Source: Auanema rhodensis
Lineage: Eukaryota > Animalia > Nematoda
Reading direction: 5' to 3'
DNA: 64,000 bases
Assembly: GCA_964057225.1 (NCBI GenBank)
Contig: OZ059896.1
Location: forward strand, 13,268,001-13,332,000
The notes beneath the pieces were generated by a model. It was not told where the DNA came from, ran no database searches, and saw only the letters and a program-made list of their open reading frames with translations. Below, one piece after another: positions 49,905 to 61,414 of the stretch (position 1 is the stretch's first letter; each line of letters opens with the position of its first letter). Both the position numbers and the translations under genes were made by a program.

Positions 49905-51570
49905 TCGAAGCTTGATTAAAAGCTTTATTTCAAATGTCCATATATTAGGAAATATGAATTATAGTTGAAGATTAACTATAACAAGTTTAGCACTATGATA
50001 AAACTCAAGAGCTTAAATCAGTGATCTTGTTTCGACGTTTCGAATACGGTATCACATTGGAGCGAGCTTTTAGTATTTCGGACTCTGAATGCTAGGGTTC
50101 CAAAATTAATCGATCTTGAATACACCAAAACGATTTAACCCGCATGGCATAACGTTTTCAGCATATAAAAATGAATAATTTGCATAATTTTTATGCGAAA
50201 ATGAATTTCATCAATTAAAATTATAAATATACTTGATTGGAAATCGATTTTAATTGTCGATTAATTTTGGAGCCTGAATTGAGAATTGAGAAAATTCAAC
50301 TATTTGTTAGTAACGCAGAAAATCGAAAAATAAGGTATAGTAAATAGAAATAAGGTAAAATATAATTTCTATAAAATATTAATTTCGATTAAATATTCTG
50401 TTTCATCATAAGAAACTTTATAACATTGAATCATAGTTCAATCAACATTCGGGAATGCGATTACTCTAGACATGATATAGATGAGTTTCATAAAATAATG
50501 AAATATAGCTCGATAATATATTCTAAACAAGTAATTCTTTTCAATTCATGTTAGAACATTAACTGTTTGATAATATATACTTCATTGTACTACAAGAATG
50601 CTCAATTAGAAAAGCCAAGCACTGCTTTTGTGACATGCTATACTAGGGAATTCAATCGTTTCAAAACTAAAGCCAAACACAGAAACTGACATGACGTAGC
50701 TTGTGCAGTAAGACACAACAAAATACTGAAGATATTCTTCGCTCCACGCAAATCAATATATCACAATGATTACGAGGAATAACACAATCATTTGTATTTT
50801 GAACAGTACTTTGTCGGAAGTGATTAATTCAAAGTAGCATCAAATTATTTTTCAAAAGTTTAATGAACAGAGTTCAAAACATCAATTCCCGAGGTGAATA
50901 TTCAATTTTATTACTGATTAGTAATAAACACATTTAGAATATTAATATATATATATATATAAGAATATTAATATTATCTTTCTGAAAAATAGAAAAATAA
51001 TTATTTGATGAAGGATTTGATAAGCTGTTGTACACTTTTTCTTAAAAGGCTTTGGCTCTTTCATGTAAATGTGAGTACGAATAACATGTTGTTTATTATA
51101 GAAATTATCTTTTTGTTACAAATCATTAGTAGTTCATTAGTTATCAAATGAAAATTCATTTTATATTTTCCAAAATTGGGCCTAGAACAGTTGCCATTGT
51201 TTGTGTGGCAGCTGAACACAAGTGTTCTAAGCTCTCCCTTGACGAGGCCTAAACACCAGATCCTTGCGAATGTATATAGGGCCAGCGTTTCATCGATTCT
51301 TTCCCTGGAGCCCATGCTACTAACATAACTAACTTCTATCTTTTCTTCAAAGTTGTCAATAAAGCTTCGGCTATCTTTAGGCTATATAGAAATGGCCACT
51401 TTTCTTTTTATTTTTAATATAAACGTTTAAACATTTTAATAATACAAATACAAATTACATATACACATCTATATATAATTATAAATTATCTTTATTGTCT
51501 ATTTTATAAAATTAAAGATTTATAACTTATTTAATAAATATTAAGATTTATATTTAGTTGCATTTTCGGG

Positions 51571-52153
51571 ATGGGATTCACAAAACTTTTGGCTGTAACC
51601 TTATGTTTCATTCTAATTTCTGGTGAGTAAAAGCCAATATAATATTTTATAATATAATAAAAAAGATAATTAAATATTTTTAGAATTTACTCTGGCTGAG
51701 AAATGTTCAAAGAATCGTGATGGTAGAACATTGGCATGTTTTACATGCTTAGGAAGAGATATGGAAAACTGTCAAAAAGGATTAACTTGCTGTAAGGGAT
51801 CATGTTACAAACTAATTGATATCAGTAAGCATTATTTTCATTTGAAAAATAAATTAGAAAGCCTAATACTCGATTTTTCTATTTTGCAGAACATAACTTG
51901 ATTATAAAAGGATGCAACGATACACAAGAAGAAGATGCTTCAATGAAAGTACGTGAACTAGCAGTACCATTGTACTGGTCAAACAATGAGAATGTGAAAG
52001 GTTTGAAACTTTTTTTGTTACAAAACTTGACAAAATTTCCTTTTTTCAGGAGAATCATACTTCTGCAACGCTAATGCTTTCTGTAACTATGCACCAACTG
52101 AATTTTCATTTACCTTTTCATTCCTTTTAGTAGCAAAATTATTCTTTTTTTAA
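51571..52153 (+). CDS. Small secreted Cys-rich Ly6/uPAR (three-finger)-like protein, probably GPI-anchored; 4 exons, absent from the ORF track
   Basis: Spliced: MGFTKLLAVTLCFILISEFTLAEKCSKNRDGRTLACFTCLGRDMENCQKGLTCCKGSCYKLIDIKHNLIIKGCNDTQEEDASMKVRELAVPLYWSNNENVKGESYFCNANAFCNYAPTEFSFTFSFLLVAKLFFF*. It has a signal peptide, 10 mature Cys, CxxC near the start, a terminal CN and a hydrophobic tail. Confidence 0.8.
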
Positions 52154-52577
52154 AAAAAGAAAAATACTGTTTTCCTTTAATTTAAATTTACGTTTACTTA
52201 ATTATAATATTTATTTTCTTAATATTATAGCATTGTAGCCATACTATATGTACTATATTATTATATATTTTATGTAATTTTGTCGATTATATAATTTTTT
52301 AAAAAAAAATTATTATTAGGATAAATAGATAAAAATTTTTAAACCTAACTTTTAATTTAGTACTATGGAAATATATATTACAGAAGATTCGAGTAAAATT
52401 CAAAATTAGTTAAATAGACAAAGAAGATCATTAACTATGCTCTTGGTTTCTAGGGAACGATGACATAATTCCTACATCTTCGTGTTCAGGTCAACATAGA
52501 AATCAGTTGATTTTGAACATTTAGCTATATAGTTTCACATTGTAAATTTCTTTTTAGGTTTTTTTTTTGTATGAAAA

Positions 52578-53529
52578 ATGACTGAAAGAATCTGTTGCTG
52601 TAATGTAATAACAGCTGCAGGTATCGTTACAAGTTTACAGGTAAAGTTGTTTAAAGAAGATTTTTATCTTTCATTTAAACTAAGTTTTAGCTCATAATTC
52701 TTGTATTAACTCTAGCTCCGACAGGAATGGTTCTGGATCGTTACCGAGTTTGGGAACAACTAGAGCCAAGAGGAACACTGAATCAGACAGAAGTTGACAT
52801 ATATATACAAGAAGTAAATTATTATTTTGATAAACAAACAACAAACAATTAAACAAGAACTCTTCTTTTTATTTTATAATTATTTCATTTGTTCCTATTT
52901 TTATAAAAAAAATTATTTCTCATTATACGTTTATTCACAATGAAATGATTTATAGGGTAAAACATTGAAGTTTACTCCAACAAGATGGTCAAAAGCATGT
53001 TTAGAATTTATTATGGGATGGTAATATTTATAAAAAAATTTCCAAAAAATAACTAAAATTGCTTTTAAGGTATGTTGGATTTGATACATTTTGGTTGTTT
53101 TCAATATTGATTTTAACTTTGTCATTCAAATACTATCGTCCAGTATTTGTTATTCCAAATTTTACGGCTTTGATTTGTGGATGTTTCATGAACTTAATTG
53201 CTTTTGGTAAAATTATAATAAAATTAAAATAAAACAAATTATATTTAAGGAATCACATTATGGAGAATATTAGATTCCTCTAAGAATTATCGTACTGATG
53301 AATATGAGGAAAGCTTCTTGTGTTATGTTCTTGCAACTCTTCTCTTAGCATTCATTTGCTGTTTGATATTTATAATTTTTATTAATAAATATCATACATT
53401 TCTTCGTTTAAGATATGGTCATCAAGTTCCAAAGGTATTAATTATAATATTATATTATTTTTAAAAATAATTATAATTTAGTTTGTTCAATCACGTTCTC
53501 GAACTGGTTATCCTGACGATACATATTAA
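52578..53529 (+). CDS. Small four-TM membrane protein with N-terminal CCC motif; 6 exons, absent from the ORF track
   Basis: Spliced: MTERICCCNVITAAGIVTSLQLIILVLTLAPTGMVL...CLEFIMGWYVGFDTFWLFSILILTLSFKYYRPVFVIPNFTALICGCFMNLIAFGITLWRIL...SFLCYVLATLLLAFICCLIFIIFINKYHTFLR...YPDDTY*. All introns are GT-AG and the frame is continuous. Confidence 0.78.
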
Positions 53530-53945
53530 GAAACTTCAAACCCCTCTCAAGATTTTAAATATAAAAACCTGTAATTATTTTCAAAAAAACATATAATCTA
53601 TTGTTTATGAAAAAAAAAGTTGATCTTTTTTCAATTTAATGACTGTTCATAGTAAGAATTAATTCGTAGTTTTCAACATTTGTTTTTATTTATTTTGAAC
53701 ATATGGAAATCATTAACAGATAAAAGAATATTTACAAACATTGAATTTTATTAAGAAAAAAAACATTTTTTTTTTGAAAAAGGAAATAATTTTATAATAT
53801 AAACATACATACATATGTATATAAATAAATAAATAGTTTATAATAATAATAATGAACTTTTGAAGTAAAAAGAAAAACAAAATGATTATAGATAAGGACA
53901 TATGTATATTCCTCTTTCTTTTCTTTGTTATAGTCTTAACTACAT

Positions 53946-54511
53946 ATGTCTTCTATTCTATTAATTTTTATTGTGGGAATAATAATCTTTGTCTCTCTTT
54001 CATTTTCAACATCTTCAGGTTATTAATTTTATTTGTAAAGTTTAATAGAAAAACGTTTATAACTTAGTTTCTGGTGGTATATCATCACATGTTTTGGATG
54101 TTTCAATTGGTAAACCTGCTTCAAACTTTGAAATAATTTCTTATTTTAAAGAGAATGACAATTGGATTAAACAAAGTCAAAGGTACATCTTATACTATAC
54201 TTCAATTCGAACTAATAATAAATATTTCTTACATAAGCTTTTAGTTTAACGGATGTAGGCGGAAGAGTTGCATCTGTTATCGGAAATAATACAATTAATA
54301 AAGGAGTTTATAAACTTGTATTTAATACTAAATCTTATTATGGAGATAAGGAAACATTTTATCCTTATGTTGAGGTATTATTAAAAAGAATTAACTTTAT
54401 TTATTTTATATATTTTAGGTAATATTTGAAGTTAATGATCCTAATTCTCATTATCACATCCCCTTAACTTTAAGTCCATACAGTTATTCAACATACAAAG
54501 GTTCTGCTTGA
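53946..54511 (+). CDS. 5-hydroxyisourate hydrolase / transthyretin-like protein with signal peptide; 4 exons
   Basis: [42 protein letters not shown]...TDVGGRV...[13 protein letters not shown]...[31 protein letters not shown]. The family motifs HVLD..G.PA, FYP.V and HYHIPL.LSP.SYSTY are present. Confidence 0.92.
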
Positions 54512-56188
54512 AACAATATTATATAGTTAAGTTGTTATCAACAAGTTAAACTATATGTTTTTCATGAGATAAAACTTAAAAGAGATCAATACAGTACATG
54601 TTTTAAGAAAATTAAACTTTTTGAAGGAATATCCAGTAAACAATGAAACATTTAAATAATTTATAAAATTTTTAGATAAATATAAATATCCCGCTGTTTA
54701 ATATGTTGTATATAAACTTATTTTAAATATATATTAATTATTTTAAAAATATTTTCATAGATCAATGTAATAAACTAAGTTGTATTTCTAATATTTTATT
54801 TGAAAATCACAATATCTTTCCCCCCCCCCGCTCAACATCATCGTCAGGATTGCGGAGGATTTGGAAAAAATGTTCAATGTTCAATATGCTTAACTTAATT
54901 TTAAAATATATGAATTTTCTATATTTTATAAGAAATTTAGATTATGCATCACGCCCACATACATATATAAACTCATCAACAATCACCTGATTATTCTAGA
55001 AAATATAAAATTTAAAAATATTGAGACAAGATACATACATAGATATGTATATATGTATATTCAAATAACTTTATTTTTATTTATTTAAACTTTTTTGTTT
55101 TTTTTTAAATGAAATAATATTACTCTAATGCTTACGTTTTTATTGAAAACGATGAAAGTTCAACTTAACGACTGAATACAAATGCTTTAAAGTTCCATCC
55201 CCTTCTTTCGTCATTTCAATTCCCACCTCCTCACCCACATAATCTATTAAACTATTTGTTTAATGAATAATCTAAATAGTATATTCAGTAAATATAATTT
55301 AAAAGTTTAAATTAATTTTGACTTACTACTTTCAGGCATGTTTCTATTCTAGATGCAGTATATCTTGATTTCGATAGACCATACGTCAGGCATCGAATGT
55401 TGTAGCCTGTCACCAGCTTATCCAGACTTACGTTTAAGAATAATCGAATGTAGAAGGATTATATATTAGAAAATAGAAAAATAATAATAATATTGTTTTA
55501 AACTATCTTTATATAGTAAAGATTAATCAATCATTTATAACATTTTCTATGACATATAGTCTTTTCTTTGTTTCATTCAATATTCTATAGTTTTCTTAGA
55601 TAATTAGATTTATCTTTAATAGAACTACATCAGTATAAATAGATCAAAACAATCTACATAATTTACAGATTGGGTCAAATTCAAGAAATTTGTATTTAAT
55701 TTTTCAAAATTAAATAATTTCCTTATTTTCCAATAAAATATTCTTTTAGACAAATATATTTGTATATACATGTTTGATATGTCTTATACTTTTACAATAC
55801 ATTTAGAATATATAATATAATTGATTTTTAAATTAAAAAATATAGAATATAAGGATTTTGTTAATTAAGAAAACAACAAAACAATTGTTTCAATTAAGAA
55901 ATACATATTTTGAGTTTGTGTCCAATCTTATATTCAGCGAAACAATTCATTTCCCACTTTCTTGTACATAACTATATTTGAAATATTATATTTTCCTTAT
56001 AAATTAAAGACTATAATTATAAAATAATAGTAATAATAATTTATAAACTTTGTAATTATTTCATAAAGATGAATCAAAATGCCAAAATCATTATATATCT
56101 AATTTCAATTTTATTTAGGAATGTTGTTAAAATATCTAATTTTTTAATTTTTTTTTCAAATTTATGATAACTTTTGATCCAAATATTA

Positions 56189-56221
<33 letters not shown>

Positions 56222-57860
56222 GTATATATCAATTATAAGTTCATTTTAATAATGAAATAAATATTTTTTATTAAGTTTTGATCTTGATCAATACCAAAGT
56301 ATTTCCTAAGAAAATGATTGAAAATATTAATAAAATAAGGATAATTCTAGGTAAATTATTATAAATTAATTGAATTTAACTAAAAACAGAACTACTTGGT
56401 TAAAATAGAAAGACTTATAGCTTTTGGTTGACATCATTTGCAGAAGAAGTGTTTTTCATTTTTCTCGAATAGATGGTCTCTTTTTCCTTTTTTAATCAAG
56501 GATTTTACTATTCGTATATATTTTTTCATATTAATTCTTGTCGTGAATATACACATATATCTATATCTACATATTTAAAAATAATAATTATTTAAGTTTT
56601 TTAAATTTAAATAAAAATATTTTTTTCAGATTCATTTTAGATTTAAAAAAAATTTTGGTTCTAATATAGAATTGCTTTATATGTATTCGAAAGCAAGCAA
56701 CCTTGTTTTCTATACAAATGACAACGTCACATAGTTATATCATATCAGCTTTATATGAAATAATAAAGTTTCTTCATTTTTAAATTCAATTTATCAGGAT
56801 GAATGCAATTACATTAATTACGTTTTGAATATATAATACTTATATACGTATATGTATATATCATTTTCTTTTGTTATCAGTATTACTATGAAGGATTTTA
56901 TTATAAAAAACTCAAATTCTTATTATTCTGGATAAATGATGATGCAATTAGTTATTTAAAGATGAAAGTAAGCAGTTCAAAAATAATATTTTGCAAAACC
57001 ATGCGAATGATGTCATTTAAGGTTCTCCAATTATTCCACTTCTCTTAATACATGACGAAGTTGCTGAGTAGTACAACCATCATCAGTTGCAAAAAACTTT
57101 TTCTAACAATACTTCCGATCTATTAGTCTGAGTTAGATGTTAGGAAATACAGAAGGAAACTCTTTAATTTATATAATATATTATAAATATTCAGTTTCAG
57201 TTCATCTTAATTACAATGAAATCTAAATAATATTAATTGTTTTTCTATTTCTTCATCTTTTTCTTCATTTTCAACATATCATCTTACAGTTCAACTTACT
57301 TATATAAGCAATCTCTCATTAATATTCATTATACAACAAACTTATTTAAAAGAAAATTCAATTAATTGTCCCATTCTTGTCAAAAAGTAAATGTGCATTA
57401 TTCCAGTCACATTCAACATTTTTTTCATGTATTTCATAAAAAAATGATATTTTCTGGTTGAAATTCTTCTTCTTTTATGTTCAATGTGTAAGAATAAAAT
57501 GAAAAAATATATGAAAACCATATAATTTTATATTTTTTTCACTTTATTTCATTTTCAAATGAACAATATGTTTTTATTTAATCATAACATTATGAATATA
57601 TTATTCATTTCCAGACTTTTATGTCAATCATTATTTCAACTGTAATTACAAAATTGTCGAAAAATGTGTATATGAATTGAAAATATTAGCTACTATCTCA
57701 TAGAATATATATACATACTTCTATAAAATATTTTTTTTAATATAAAAATATTTTTTACTCATCATTTTTCTCAATTTTTTTATGTTCTGTACTTCTTCAT
57801 CTTTGTTCTTTTCTTTATATTATTCTTAAATTAACAATTATTCAGGTACAATACATAGTA

Positions 57861-58232
57861 ATGCACTTTTACAATTTTCTTTTGCTCGTTCTAATTTCTG
57901 CAAATATGGAGTTGTCTGAAACTTCTTTGAGTGGTAGTCAGTTAATGAGAATAATTGAGTAAGTCTTCAAGTATGAAACAATTTCTTAAGAATATTCGTT
58001 TTAATTAAAACTCTAAAACTTTAAAACTTTAATTTCTCTATTTAAAGTCATAAATTTTCTTTTATTTTTTAGTTCCGGGAATCAAGAAAGTCGCTGGAGT
58101 CACTCTATATCACCAGCAGTTAAGAAATATGATCGCAACTGTTTCTTTTCACCAGTTCAATGCATGTTGTCCTCTTACGGAGATCAATCAAACCCAGTTG
58201 TAATATTGGACACCGTCAAAAGGCGATTTTAA
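57861..58232 (+). CDS. Allatostatin-C/somatostatin-like neuropeptide precursor; 2 coding exons
   Basis: MHFYNFLLLVLISANMELSETS...AVKK-YDRNCFFSPVQCMLSSYGDQSNPVVILDTV-KRRF*. It has a signal peptide, dibasic sites and a C-x6-C ring resembling the AstC core CYFNPISC. Confidence 0.85.
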
Positions 58233-58332
58233 TCACAAACTTTGGGTTAAATCTGGAAAAAATTAAGTAAGATGGATGCCTTTACATGAATATTGTGTAT
58301 AATTGTTATTTAATAACTGATTATCAACATAG

Positions 58333-58335
<3 letters not shown>

Positions 58336-58376
<41 letters not shown>

Positions 58377-58445
58377 GTCTCTCACTCTCTCTCTTTCCTA
58401 CACATTCTCTCGCTCTCTCTCAGTCTCTCTCATTATGTCTCTCTA
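58336..58445. repeat. (CT)n microsatellite, imperfect
   Basis: Direct reading. Confidence 0.9.
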
Positions 58446-58832
58446 TGTTTAATTTTTTTTCTTTAAAATTTAAAATTTCAATTTAATAAATTTAAATATC
58501 TTTATGTTTAAAACACAATTTTATAAAAATATTTTATGTATATTCAGTTGATTACGGTATTATATACCATTGACCAATCAATATCAAAATGATTATTAAT
58601 GTGAAGAAATGAACAAAAAAAAAATAAAATCAAAAGCTTTTGTTATTCTCTAATTTTAAAGAAAAAAAATATTGTTAATCTAAAAAAAGTATATTATTAG
58701 AGAGAAAAAGTGTCCTCAAATGGGTTTTGAATATTAAAAAACAAACAAAGATTTTGTTTTTTTCTTTAGTTGTATGTTTTAAAAATTTAGAAATACATAT
58801 AAGAAGGGATACTGAACACGTAAAATTTGGCA

Positions 58833-61414
58833 TTATCGGTTAGATGACCGAACAGTATCTTGGCAATTATTAGTAAGAAAATCAGATCTACGAAGATTGA
58901 CTCTTCCAAATCCACCACCGTAGACGTCTCCACTCGATCGCATAAAGGTAGCGATTGAACGAATTGTGAAGTTATTAATCCATTCGTTAGGTATTTCACT
59001 CTGAATTAAATTTATATTTGAGGCAATATTCTGAAGTAAGAGAACCTCAGTTTCAGCTTCTGGTTGAGGTGGTTGTATACTTCCATCACTTGCCCTTCTA
59101 TCACTTGGTTGAACTTGAATAGGTATTACTGGTACCGGGCCTCTCTGTATAATTATACATAAATATTAATGAAAAATTGGGACAAACCTCTGGATCCTGA
59201 GTTTCTGGTTGGAATGCACTACCCAAGAATTGGTCAATCCTATTTTCCAGTACAGTCATTGTTGCTAAAAAATAAAGAAATATGGGAATTGAGTTCTATG
59301 CTAAACATACCAAATACTCCGTTTTCTAAACAAATATATGTAACTCTGTTAACAACCTTCATAATTGGAAGTCCAAAGAAGAATACAATAGATACTATTG
59401 GAGCAAACTAATATTATAATAAAAGTATATTTAATTTATAATTTATAATACCGGAACATTATTTGGCATAATATCTCCAAGTCCAATAGTTGTAAGAGAA
59501 ATAAAAGAAAAATAGAAACTGGTAAAGAAATCTAATCCAGATCCTGGAGGACCTGAGATAGCGTCATACTCATAGACGAATACAGAAGCCAAGAATAAAT
59601 AGACTGTAAATAATTCTTCGTGATCATCCTAGCTTTTCTATGATTTACCTGCTAATATAACCAAAGCTACTTTGATTGGCAATGAAATAATCTCATCTTC
59701 CTTGTCCTGGCTATATCCTCTTGCTGTTCTAAAATTAGGAAAATGACGATATAGTGATTATATTCTTTTATAACCTCAACTTCCAAAGAATAATAGCATA
59801 AAGCTTTGTTAAGTATACAAGTGTAAGCTGACCCATATCCCTTATTACTACAAGAGTTAAAGGTACAAATACGAAACCATATATGATTGTGACTAGTCTT
59901 CCCAAGTTTGTTGCAGCAGCAATTGAACCTGAATACAGCATTTTCAGAGAAGGAGGATACCAGAAACTTCTAACCATATCCTGTTGTTGTATACAGATTC
60001 ATTGAAAAAAAGAAAGCACTTCCGAATGTCCATTTAAAATTTTTTTCGGGATCTTCAGCTTTATACAAGGTACTTCCTTCATAGGCCGATTCTAATGTTA
60101 AAAGTTTGATATAAGCTGACTATAAAATAAAAAATAATTAAAGATAATATTAATAGTAAAAACCCTAATATATTCCTGCATTGTTGTATCATTTACGCTA
60201 ATTAGAGGATCATTAATCTTTCCTGTTATTTCTGAAGCCAATTTGAAGATAGTATCATCTATAAATCCTTTTCTAGCTATTACTGTCTATAATATACTTA
60301 TTAATTGAAATTATTTGTTTATAATTTATACTTCTAACTCATATCGGCTTTCCACATAATAGAAAAAGGCTGCTCCTGCCATGGTATAAGCAAGAACAAT
60401 CAACAAAAGCATGATGTGACGAAATCCCATACGTTTAGTGTTATGAAGTAAAAAGTAAAATGATTTCCGGAATCCTATAGTAATCATAGCCTTATTTGTT
60501 GTTTTTAAAGTTGTCTACTTTTTTTTGCTTGATATCCACTAGTTGGCTCAGGTTTCGTGTAGCTGCATCGACTTACGCTCTTTTGACTGACTGATTGCCG
60601 ACGATTAAGATCTCGACGCAAATAATCCGGTAAATTCCGGAAAGTATCTTGATTTTTCTCATAAATACCTATATTAATAAGGAAATTAACATCTATACTT
60701 TTTTTTTCTTCGTTAACTTACCAGTAATAGTATAGTTGTTACGTTCATAATATTTATCAATAGCATCCTTATCATCTTCAGGTTTTGTAGAAATATTCGA
60801 TAAAGATCCTGTCGTTTTTCTATCCGAGTTAGGAATTGGGGAATCAAACGATAAATGACGTCCAAGAACAGGACCATTCTTATTTGAATTCTAAATGAAA
60901 ACAAAATTTTAGAATCATTGTTTTTCTTACTTTTAGAATTGATCGTTGATTAACTTCCAAATCTTCATAACTATTATCGGAAGCACTATTTTCAATTCTA
61001 AAGATAGAACTTTTTATTATCTAAATTTCTTACTGAAATAATAATAAATATAATAGAAAAGGATATATACTTACTGTGGTGAAGCATTCTCAGCAATTTG
61101 ATCATTTGATTTAATGGTTTTATCATTATCTATAGTACTTTCATCACCAACATCCTCCTTCTTTTCTGATTCTGATGAAGTTGGCTTCACCAATTCAGGA
61201 TTTGTAATTTTAGTTGCAGTTTCTGCACTAGAATCACTTGTGAGATCTTCATTTTCCTCATCGATTCCTATTTATACAAATATTTGGAGATGTTGTGATA
61301 AAATATTTTAGTACCTTCAAATGTTGGTGTCTTCGTGGAATTATATCTTGTTCTGGATTTATAAGCTTGAGCTGCAGCTCCCTCATTTGGTATTTCTAAC
61401 GGCTTCAAATCCAT
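58833..61414 (-). CDS. Second two-pore-domain K+ channel (TWK family) with long acidic N-terminus; start uncertain
   Basis: TM1 GFRHIMLLLIVLAYTMAGAAFFYYVE. P1 WTFGSAFFFSMNLYTTTGYG|SIAAATNLGRLVTIIYGFVFVPLTLVVIRDMG. P2 GSGLDFFTSFYFSFISLTTIGLGDYMPNN. Last exon ends ...TVRSSNR*. Confidence 0.9.

Noticed and set aside
57003-57135. Possible box C/D snoRNA (atgatgt ... ctga)
   Set aside because: Box C is imperfect, there is no clear terminal stem, and I could not verify a >=10-nt rRNA guide.
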